NCBI GenBank assembly: GCA_905331295.1
Contig: CAJNYD010000596.1
Coordinates: 252,825 to 272,824 of the forward strand
From: Rotaria socialis
Taxonomy: Eukaryota
DNA length: 20,000 nt
Direction: 5' to 3'
Of this stretch, positions 1 through 10,825 are shown one piece after another (the first letter of the stretch is position 1; each line of letters opens with the position of its first letter). Made by a program: the position numbers and the translations under genes. Under the pieces are notes generated by a model. It saw nothing but the letters and a program-made list of their open reading frames with translations. It made no database searches and was not told where the DNA came from.

Positions 1-2262
1 GGCATCTTGTGGAACACGGCATTTATTGAGAAGACGACTCTGAAAAGAAGAATAATCATGCTTTGTTTTTTGTCATTAATTAAATTATCTAAACAAACCC
101 GCATTTGTTGATAATCTTGAAAAGTTTTATATTGAAATAAATTTGGTTTTGATTTGTCTTGTGTTTGTTCACCGTAGTCTAATAGATCACCAAGATGATT
201 GTCGTCTTTTAATAAGTGATCATTTTCTTGTTCGTTATTTTCTGATTTTTCAATATCCGGTATTGCTTGTACTAATGCATTGGGATCATAGGTTACTGTT
301 TGATAGAGACCGGACCTTTCTTGAACATATGTACCAAGTTGATCATACAAGGTATTAACGTATGGATCTCTATATTGTGGTAATATGGGTCGACCATGGC
401 GTGGAGATTGAAGAACACGAAATTTAAGATTAAGTAACTTAAGATTATCTTCTGGTCGAATAAGTTCTAATTGTTTAAGGCGATTTTCAGCTTCCATTTG
501 TTGATTGCTTGCTTGCCGGTCACGCGCTATTTGTGGAACTCCTGAAGATGGCCGAAGATGATGAAGATAACGAATTTCAGATTGTGGTTCGTTATTATTA
601 GTATTGGAATTTTCGGATCGAGCTGAAATGAAAATGATAGAATATAGTAGGAGAAGATAAACAAAAGGGCACATCTTTGTTTTCTTAAATCCTGAATAAG
701 AGCAGACTAGAAATATGTGGAACTATATTTTTTTCGGTCCCGATACGATGATTTTAGATTATTCTATTGTCTGTGCCTATTTAGAGAAAATTGTAATTCA
801 GGTCTACTTCATTGTACTCCAGAGTACGGAGGTATCGACCATAAGACCAGGGCTGGTTTTACATGTGTTACATATTATTTATTGGTAATTAGTCCTTCTT
901 AACTTACGAATCCATGTTGGTGCTCGTTCTTTTGGAAACATATGAGCCGGTAAGTTTACATAATCAGTTCCGTTTCGCAATTGATCATCAAATTTTTCAG
1001 TTTCACTCATTAGGCTAAAGCACAAAAATTCCATAACGATAAATCTTTGATATATTTATGTTTACTGTATTGTTTCTGTTGATCCGTATTGTGGTAATGC
1101 TTTCTGTTTTTCTAATGCACTTGGTATGCGATGATTTCCATGAATTTGAGCAGCTTGTACGCCATCAATAGGTCTTGCTGGATCAAGTGTTTTTTTGAAA
1201 TGTGGTTTCTATTTTAAATTATATCAAAACTCATATTATTTTTTCTTTTGTGTTAATTTAAATAAAAACAAATATTACTAAATATTCCGTTGGCTGAAGT
1301 TGTGCTGTTGTATCAAATACAACATGTGTACCAATACCTTCACCATAGGTAAAATCATTTTGATACGATGTTTCAAATGAAGCTCTTTCTTTATTTTTAA
1401 CTATATGTGAGCCAGAATTTTCACAAGCACTATCATCATTTGGTACGAACATTTTTCTTGGCCAAGGATATATCGGGGATGAACTAACATCGCTTGATGA
1501 ACGAGGTAACTAATAAAATCATAAGTAAAATATTTGATCGGGATCTTTATTATTATTTCAAATTACCTGCATATATTGTTTATCCGGCCATTTTGAAGTT
1601 TGATATCGTTCTCGTTGTAGTCCTTGATAATGCACTTCACGACGAAATGGATTACCTCGATGAAGTAAAAGCAATATTGACATATAGAACTCGTTGAAGT
1701 GAATACGAGAAAGAGAACGCAAGATAATGTCTTACCACGAACTTTTTGTGGCACCATATACGGATCCATGCTTGTCGAAGGATGATCATCAAAATTAGCA
1801 CTTGAATTAGGAAATAGTGCTTTTTCGCTAATATGTGATGAAAACGGATGATTGGCTGGAAATTGCAATGGTATTTGGTGAGGCGTTACATCAACTGTTT
1901 GTGGTGCAGGTATTCTAGAGTATTACATAAAATTATAAATTGAGATTTAGGCGAGAGAGAGAGAGAGAGAGAGAAGACAACGATAGACCTACAATTCATC
2001 ATTGATTCGAACATTGCTCAATGTAATATCAGTATTTCGATAATTTTGCTCGATTGGTTCACCTCTACAATTATTGTTTTAGAGTCGTGCTGTTTTTTTG
2101 CTGTCGAAATTCTTACTTGTAAAGATATGTTCCTGCTGGATGAGTGTGACTTGGATCACTAGCCAATCGATTGCGTTTCTTAGCAGTACCCCAATCCACG
2201 CCCGGCTTGACGAAATCATCTGCTGGTACTGGCTCAGAATTAAACAATACTAAACTTGTCAT
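1..2262 (-). CDS. SPMIP4: C7orf31/SPMIP4 (DUF4555)-like microtubule inner protein; spliced, 3' end runs off the left edge
   Basis: Manual splicing from ATG 2262 using GT-AG introns gives one frame (exons approx. 2262-2117, 2064-1993, 1914-1736, 1655-1567, 1509-1279, 1208-1066, 1015-908, 622-99, 40-<1). Translation includes GEPIEQNYRNTDITLSNVRINDELIPAP..FPANHPFSSHISEKALFP..KVRGNPFRREV..KWPDKQY..IYPWPRKMFVPN..ERASFETSYQNDFT..DPARPIDG. These blocks are colinear with human C7orf31 blocks as I recall them (PVEQFY..NDSLIPKP, HPYHTHI..AMFP, RGNPYR, WPGQ, YPKPPKTFAPN, TSYTHDFT, PRPLEG). Confidence 0.8.
1953..1974. repeat. (GA)11 microsatellite in intron 2 of the SPMIP4-like gene
   Basis: Uninterrupted GA run; on the coding (minus) strand it reads as a (TC)n pyrimidine tract. 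Confidence 0.95.
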
Positions 2263-2344
2263 TGTAAAGAAACACACATTCGAAACAGAAACTGTTGCTT
2301 TAATGTTAACTTTTATTGTTTGAATATAAAAACAGAACTACAAC

Positions 2345-2358
2345 GTTTCCATTACAAC
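2345..2358. promoter_or_regulatory. X-box-like (RFX) motif GTTTCCATTACAAC
   Basis: Imperfect 14-bp palindrome (minus strand GTTGTA-AT-GGAAAC) resembling the X-box consensus GTYNCY-AT-RGNAAC, about 83 nt upstream of the ATG of an axonemal-type gene. Confidence 0.5.
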
Positions 2359-2915
2359 AGTAAATGGCGATGTTAAATAACAATTGGATTAGTTAATAGC
2401 GAGAAAAATAATAAGAAGAATAGAAGAAGAAAAAGAATTCTTTTAAAATAGATTGATTTTTGCTAAACAATTAGTAGAATATTTTTTTTGTAGAACGCTC
2501 GAAGAGAAACATGATTTGTTTTTCAATGAGGAAGTTTAAAAGCGACCCATGTGCCGAGAGAATACAGAATTACGAATGCATATCAATAATCATTTTTAAT
2601 TAGCTATTGAATTTTATAAGCAACGATTTTTTTTCATTTTGACTACAAATATTTCTAAATCTCAAGATGTATTTTTATTAACACATTGGTTGCAATAACA
2701 ACGTTCTCCTCTATGGAAACAAACAAAATTTTTCTTCGATGCATCTCAAGATCATTTTCATATGAACATAACATAAATTGGATCGGTACTGAACGTCAAT
2801 GTGCACTCTGATTTTCCCGTCAATTTTAATTTTGTTACAAAAAAATCACAACCGGGAAACGAGCAATTTTTTATTTGTTGTTGTTTTTTTAAAGATAAAA
2901 ATGATACAGAGCAAA

Positions 2916-2940
2916 ACACACACACACGCGCGCGCGTACA
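2916..2940. repeat. Compound (AC)n(GC)n alternating purine-pyrimidine tract
   Basis: ACACACACACACGCGCGCGCGTACA, downstream of the ACAP stop codon. Confidence 0.9.
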
Positions 2941-3092
2941 AACAACAATGAAATTAAATCTTAATACATAGATACGGGTTTCTTTTTATTTGATACATAA
3001 TACGACAGAGAGACGGGGGAAAATGATAATCTATACAAACTAGACCCGCAAAATATATCACAGATAAAAGAAAATATTAAAATTTTTTTGAA

Positions 3093-6000
3093 TCATGAAA
3101 ATGAAGGTGTCCTTGCTATTTCTTTCATATAGACAGGATCGTCTAATATTGATATGTAGGTTTTTTCTGCATCGGCATCTTCTTCTTTCATTTGTTCATG
3201 TAATGCTATTAAACGATACCATGTGATGACATCCGGATCGCCAATGACCATCGAAAGTGAACAGGCATCAATGCCTGTACGATCTTTTACTAAGGGATCA
3301 GCACCACGCTTAAGTAGAAGAATAATTGGTCTGGAAAAAAGAAAAAACAGAGGTCAATTTAAAATTGTTTGGAGCAAAATACCCTCGTCCTTTATTGGCT
3401 AATTGTGTTGCATAATGAAGTGGTGTTTTGCCATCCTCATCGGCTAAATTTATTTTTGCGTTATTTATCAAAAGAAATTCAGCAGCTGCAACTGATCTCT
3501 ATATAATACGAAAAGAATTAGATAAAAATCGAAACCAAAAGAAAAACATACACTTAATATTGTTTGAATCAATGGTGTTCGCCCATGATCGTGCTCATTA
3601 AGAAAATTTTTATCCGCACCAAGAGTTAATGCGTGAAGCATCGTTGGAACACTACGATGACGAGCCCCTTCATATAAATATATATTCGCATTCCATATCG
3701 ATGATAACGAATCTTAAACATATTCATTTGTTTTGGGTAAATTATCATATTTCGAAACAATATCTATATTATACCTGCTGTTAATTCATTTTCTAATACG
3801 CCGGTTAACCTTCTAAAATGCAAAACGTGTGAAATAGTCAAGACGACTTTTGATTCATAATGCTAAAGTAAACCTTGTTAATAACTGTCGACTATTGACT
3901 TTTAATGAATTTGATGTTCCATCATCATCATGTTCATTTGTAAGCGTCGCTGTTGATATTGGACCTTTCATCACAGACCATCGTTTAATAGTGCGTGTTG
4001 TTGAACGTATTTGATTCGATGCTGGTAAAGAACGTAAAAATGCTTTTTGCACATATTTTGCTTCGATATAAGATCGACGTGTCAAACTAAATAGAAATAA
4101 GAGTAATGACCGGATGACAGTGTCCTATGGAGTCGATAGAGACGACTGTGCTTGACTTATACGAGCTAAGTATTAATTACTTTAGTATGCACTCAGCATG
4201 ATACTACCGCAATTATTCAATAGAAAACCTCTAATATAGCTGAAATGAATCATAGCCAATCAAATTTCAGTAAAAGATGTCTTCACTGTTGTCAGGGATT
4301 TTTAGAGTTTCTCTCATGAATTATTCTAAAAACATAATACAGAAGTTCCTAAGGTCGAATTAAGCTTTTTTTTCACTATCTAAAAAAATTGATCCAAATA
4401 AACTTTTTCTTACGCATCCGTTTCAGCACTTGGTTTTTTTACATTATTTGATAGATTTGCTTCATATATACTATTGACAACTGTATTACCCAATTCGCCC
4501 ATCACAATTAATGTTTCTAAGTCCCATGTATCCATATGAAGTGAACGAACTTTTGAAAGACTAACACCGAGACCTCTGATAATGAGAAAGAAAAAAAATG
4601 CCATTCTCTAGTTATTGGCAAAGCAAATGTACAAACCTATGAGCACCACAACAATTCAAACAAAGTAAAATTCCTAGATTAATCGATGCCCATTCAGGTC
4701 CATCCGCATCACAATCGGAACATTTGTCATTGCCTGTAATTGAACGTACAAAATCGATCTTATCTTTAATCCTAAACGCAATAAAAAAAAGATAAAACAA
4801 TGGCACATTTTTTTGTTCGTTACATTTCTTGTTTGATTTCATTTTTAGCAGTTAAAACTGAATTTGAACGATCATCAACATAAGGTTTGGGTAGCAACTA
4901 AACGCAAAAGAAATACTAAATGAGAAATCAATCTTTTTAACGAAGTACAAACTGTAAACGAATGTAAATTTCCATTATTGGGCGATTTAAATAAATTACT
5001 TATTGCTAATTGAAGCGAATTCACCCAATGATCGCATTCAATTTGTGAATCAGCTTGTAGAAGATGTGTACTTGAAGTTTGAAAAAACGAAGATAAACGA
5101 TAGAGAATTAATTCCTAGATTTTTTAATACCTATTTGGTGAAATAATTTCAAAAACAAATCGACGATCATGATCATTCGATGCGCGAATTGTACATAAAC
5201 GTAGATCGAGTATCATTACGGAATATGAAGATTGTTGTTGTGAATTATCATTTATTGAATTACCGCTATTACGTTTCATATAAAGTAATTGACCATTACG
5301 AATTGAAAACCAGCGTCTACAACATAAGATGAGATTTTTGGATTTTCTAAGCAGATTGAAATTTTGAGTCTATGAATATTTTTCAAATTGCTACCCAAGA
5401 ATTCCATGAAGACTGAATCGATAAGTTAGGAAGAAAAACGTATTCTTCGTCGAACTCATTTCTACCGGCAGGTAAAATCCAGCTCGGAGAGAGTGCTCAC
5501 TAATCAATTGAATAGACTCGAGAATTTTTGTTATGAATATCGGATAGCAGTAGGAAGAATATTTCATCTTAGGATTAGTTGACTCTATCTTTGACTGCAT
5601 TTGTCTTGAATTGATCAAATAACTCCGCATTGCTCATAATCTGTTCTGCGGTTTCAATGAGAAAAGTTTACTAACCTATTCCATGTTTTGAATTTATTAT
5701 GAGAACGTTTAAATAGATAACCTATACAAGAAAACAATACAAATTTAGTTTGCCAAAGATTCAGCATTCTCTAATGTACCCTCTTTTGTTGCTTCAATAC
5801 CATTTGTTAATGTATTTGTTATATTCGATAAGCTTTGTTGTGATGGATTTCTTGATAAAGTTTCTTTTGCCTAATAAATCAATAAAATATAACTTCAAAA
5901 TAAACCAAAAATTTTCTCTTACTACAGATAACGATGCGTCTGTTGATATTCCATCGTTTCGGTTATCGTCATATTTCAACTAGAATAACAAAAAAAAACT

Positions 6001-7699
6001 TTGATAATCTTCTTATGACCGAATAAAATATTTCAAAAACAAAACGACAAAAAAAAAGAGCTAAGCATCATGCCCTAGCTGTTTTTCGATTAGAAAAAAA
6101 AAGGAAGAATGCCAAAATCCACCAGCCATACAATAACCTGTCGTGCATAGTGCGATGATGATAGTATCGATTTTATTGGAAAACATGTCGTCGTATCTCC
6201 TGGTGTTGAGGACTACAAAGTTCGTAAAAATTACAATATTACTACTGTTTCTATTATACTAATTAATAGTAATACAACAAATTTTAATGGAGAAATATTT
6301 AACGTAAAATCAATCGCATGAGAACTTACTCGTCTTTGATTTGTATCGTGAACTTTTTCTAAAATTTTTTGTTTTTGAGCATTTTCTTGTCTCATTCTAG
6401 TTAACTAAAATATCAATAAAAAATTCATTGAAAGAAAAAATCCTTAGACTTTTACTTCTGTTGTAATTGAATTAAAATCTTGTTCAGTATCTATAGATAA
6501 CAATTCATAGCCCTGATGAAAAAATGCTTTGTGAAAGTTAATATACGATAAAAATAATTCGATCAAGTCAACTTTATGTTGATTATATAAAACATTGATT
6601 TGATATGTATAATCAATTGATGTATGGCCAAAACAACTACGTGTAGCTGTTAAAATTTTACTGGCATCTTCACATAGATGAGCTAGAAATAAGAGATTCA
6701 ATGGATTAGAAGTTTTAACATATACGAAAATTTCTTGCTTGATTTAGTATCTATAAAAACGCAAGTGCTTACGATTCAAAGGTGAAGTATGGCAGATATA
6801 CTTGTAGGAGAGCGTTTATAAACGTACTAATTTACAAGAAAATGCAATAACAATTAGATTCAGTACACCAAACACGGGTGATTGTGTTTGAGTGATTACA
6901 CATCAAACGGGTAATCTTTTTTTTTTTAAGATTTGTATCCAGATACTGGTGTCGATGATCCGGGATACTTTCAATTTTATGACTAACGGGCTGCACTGAT
7001 TTTTTCGATGTTGTACAACAACAAAAAAATCTTTTTATGTCACTTACGTTTAGCTTTTGATGCATCGGCATTTTTTTGTAAAGCTAAATAATTGAAAAGA
7101 AAATAAAGATTTTCGTTTTTCGTGGAGATAAGCATTACCAATATCATAATCTGAACTTAAACGGTCAAATAATTTGCCTTGATCTTTGACTTTTTTAATA
7201 TCTTCTTTTAACATACGTGTTAATGTTCGTAAAAGGCTATGTGATGTCTGTTCAAGTAAATTCTAATTAAAAAATCATCATGTTGAAAATAAATCAAAGC
7301 AAATGAAATTTCCTACAGAAAAAAGTGTTTGTATTTCACGGAGATAATTTCCAAATTTTCCTAAACTTTTGTAGGCTACTTCATCTGTAGAAAACAATTC
7401 GCGGGCATCAAAAATAGATTTTAGAAATTTTCTAAATGAAAATCTTAAGTACGATTATTTCGAGAGAAAAAACGTTCTTACTGAAATTCTTGCACAAATA
7501 TTTTCCCATTATTAATTACAGAATTGCACATTTTAAACATTTGCTCTAAGCGATCTTCGAGCATGTCGATATGATTTACTGCTTGTCGAAGTTGATTTCT
7601 ATTTTAGAGATAAGATTTTTTATTCGAACGACATAATAATATTACATACCGATAAGCAGGAGAATCTTTGAGACATTCTTCAAAATCAATTGTATTCAT
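3093..7699 (-). CDS. ACAP: ArfGAP with coiled-coil (BAR), PH and ankyrin domains (ACAP / centaurin-beta), multi-exon
   Basis: N-terminus MNTIDFEECLKDSPAYR (ATG 7699, alternative 7708). BAR exons ..KQGKLFDRLSSDYDIALQKNA..HLCEDASKILTATRSCFGHTSIDY..FHKAFFHQGYELL. PH domain KEGYLFKRSHNKFKTWNRRWFSIRNGQLLY..DRRFVFEIISP. ArfGAP zinc finger CSDC..[31 protein letters not shown] with the catalytic Arg intact. Ankyrin repeats GRTPLI, GKTPLHYA, LLLKRGAD. Stop TGA at 3093-3095. Splice phases were consistent wherever checked. Confidence 0.95.
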
Positions 7700-9176
7700 T
7701 ATAATCATAAGACTAAAAAGAAAAATTAATAATATCGTCAGTAACGAGGATTTTTCTCTCGTTGTTATTCTCTTCTTCTTATATAATCTAATGGTTATCG
7801 ATTCGAGTATAGTTGTCACATTAGTTGATGTAGGTTATGCCGGCAGCTAGTCAATCAATTTTCTTCTTTCATGTTTGCTCATCGTATGAACGTGTGTGTT
7901 TAGTGAAAAAGAAAAAAATGAGTAATCACATCGAAAAAATGGAAGAACAGCATATGTTTGTTAGAATGAGTGCTTGACCTCCTGTCGGCATTAATTTCAC
8001 GGAAGCTACTTACTTGATCGATCACACTATTGAATTCAAATGGTAACTCGTCGCCGTATTGACATAGTAGAAAAACAAATGAAATTAAAAAAAAATTGAT
8101 CTAGAAAAGCAGATGGCAATGTCCATAGGGTATCTTCTTTCTATTGTCTACATAAAAATTAGCATATAAACGACGTAATATTATAGCTACGCATATTAAT
8201 AGACACTTAGTATAAGTTCTCACATATATATGACGATGAGAAAGCACACACATTTACGATAGATTCTATTTTAGAAGAACTATAATTAAAAAAGCTCTAG
8301 TCAAACAGTTCTTCTTTGCCTTCCTCGTCCTATTCACTATTACTCTATATACACAGAAACGCATCATCATTTGTTGTTGTCGTTTATGTTCTTTTTATCA
8401 TTTCACAGGTTCTTGTGATGTAGTATCAATTAATCTAGAAGTAAAGAAAGATAATCAATCTTGTTTTTCTCTCTTTGAATACATTAAATTGTATAATTCG
8501 AGATTAATTTGATCGTAAATCAAAAAATAATATTCCATTTCATACGAGTAGCTTCAGCTTGATCCAACAAAATCTGTTGAGTCGACCTACTTTTTCAATT
8601 ATCAAGCGTAATTAATTAATATAAATATCCTACTAAGTGTTAAATGATATATTTGATTCATTACTTCGATGTCATATCATGTTTCTTTATCATGACAAAA
8701 CAAAATATTTGACTTTAGATTTTTTACAGAAAAAAAAAGAAAAGAATTTACTGATTCATCGCTTGCATTCATACAAGAGTGCTCACGTATACATAGACAT
8801 GCATGTCTGTCTGTCTACATGCAACTTCACGATCATACCTGTTGGTTAAATTCAAGCAAACAATCAGCTGATCCTCTTTGGTCTCTAGATGTCGTCAGAT
8901 CTCATAACATTGAACTCATTTTTTTTTTGAAATATTTATTTGAAAAGAACAGAATATTTTGGCAAGGTTGTTTTCTATTATGTTAACATGTGCATGTCGC
9001 TTTAATATATTCTTTATTTAAAATACTATCGCGTTGCTGAAGAAGTTTTTTTCCGTTTGTTTTGCAATCTGTATGTGTATTTATTATTGTAAATACAAGT
9101 GTTATTTTTAGTTGAAAAAATACGCACAATCAGGTGTGCGGTTGATTTAACGGCTGTTTACACTACAAGAATAGGG

Positions 9177-9777
9177 CATAGGCGGCGGAACGTTTCTAAT
9201 TTGGGGGAGGCTCAAATTGTTTTTTGAAAATAACGACAGAAAGTCGGTATTAGAGGGAGAAAGCAGAGTTTCAAATGCACACCTTCAGAGCAATCGAGAA
9301 TTCTACTACACTATCAAAATTTTGATTTCATTATCAACATAAGCATACAAAATCTTAAACCATGACTAAAGGAAATAAAAAAGTCGTAACTACAAAAACT
9401 ATTATTCATGCCCAAAAAAGGCTTTTCTACTCTAATTTTTTTGCAATAAAATCAGAACAAACGCTGTTCAAGTCTAACTGATCGAATTTTTCTTTATGAA
9501 TAGGAGACATAAGGACATGATTAAACAGTTGTTGTGTCATTGTTGATCGTAGTCCCCTTCATCGTCATAAAAGAAGCTTTAGCATCAATAAGTGAAAATA
9601 TTTCAAAAACATGCAGCATACACATCCTCAGGCTGAATATTACTTCGGAGAAAAAATAGCATCGCTTTTCTAACCTATTTCACTTATCAAATATAGAATT
9701 ACAATGAAATCAGAATTTGTTTTCAAATAACTGGGTCTCACGAAGCCTGCCCTAGCCTAACGGCTCCACCGCCTATG
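9177..9777. mobile_element. Non-autonomous, internally deleted hAT DNA transposon (601 bp)
   Basis: Left end CATAGGCGGCGGAACGTT; right end reverse-complement CATAGGCGGTGGAGCCGTT. Subterminal GGGGAGGCT / AGCCTGCCC inverted motif. Perfect 8-bp direct repeat GAATAGGG at 9169-9176 and 9778-9785 (8-bp TSD is typical of hAT). Confidence 0.9.
9402..9552 (-). pseudogene. hAT transposase C-terminal dimerisation-domain remnant (ZMYM1-like type)
   Basis: Minus-strand translation LRSTMTQQLFNHVLMSPIHKEKFDQLDLNSVCSDFIAK, then after a frameshift SRKAFFGHE*. This fits the LRSTM.Q.RLN.L....IH.E..D.LDL..V...F......R...FG pattern of hAT transposase C-termini. Confidence 0.8.
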
Positions 9778-10825
9778 GAATAGGGCATATGGTTTAGAGT
9801 GAAATATCTATGCAAACCCATTTTAACCTTGTGATAGAAATTTGCACAGTAAAATGATATTTCTGTAACGAAAGTGCTAATAGTTCAAAGATATATATAT
9901 ATAATTTTGTGAACTCGATTAAAGCAAGAACAAATGCAATACAAAATTATTGACTACCATAGAAATGTCGATAAAATCAGACAATGGAGTTATTCTTTTC
10001 AGTTAACATCATCATCATAACTCTGCTAGTTTCATCGAGTATGTGAAGTTGGCCAGTAACAGGAAAGGGTTTTCAACAAGCTGATATATCGAACTTTATC
10101 AACTAAAGATTCGATAGGACAAGAAGAGTAACGCAGTGTTCAGTTTCATATTTGATGATGACAAGGAGTTCAGTGCGCGATCAGTTTTGGCACAGTTATC
10201 GAATTTCACTTGAAACTTATCGATATCATTCGTACCTTTTACACCGATAGACACAGATTGTGGTGCCTTTTGTGGTACATCAGTTAAAAATCTATTTCTT
10301 GATTTCTATCATCACACAATCGCTCGTGCATAATTGAACTCTCCGGTTTTGACTTTCTCTCCAATGATGCATGATGAATACTCTTGTGAAAAGCATAATC
10401 AGTAAAATCAATAGGATCTGTTGGATTACGATTGGTGAACCAAAAAGATAACTTCACATTTCCATTAAATCACGTCATACTTATCAATTTTTTTACCAAT
10501 AATACCAATTTTGATTTTCAAAAATGTATATTTATCTTGAGGTTGCGGGTATTGATGAATATTAACATCACACACACACACACATTTTGGCATCCTGAGA
10601 TACGAAAAATAACCATAACCAGCTAGCGAGTTTTTCTCAGCAATATTTAAAATTAATTAGTAAATTCCAAGCATTGGTTCATCATTACAAGCTAATTTGG
10701 ATATAGGATGCGTCTAAATGTTTTCCCTTCGCCCTTCGTCACACAGAATGGAAGCAATTTGTATGATTTGGCTAATAAGTAAATGCCTTTCCTATAGGGA
10801 AGTAAGAAAATTCGAAAAGATTGAT

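Noticed and set aside
143..1697. Plus-strand short ORFs (143-358, 717-902, 1494-1697)
   Set aside because: They are antisense to SPMIP4-like exons or lie in introns, and show no recognisable motifs.
6832..7071. 79-aa ORF containing FFCCCTT in the ACAP intron
   Set aside because: It is out of frame with the ACAP exon, whose frame stops directly after the donor, and no supportable splice sites were found.
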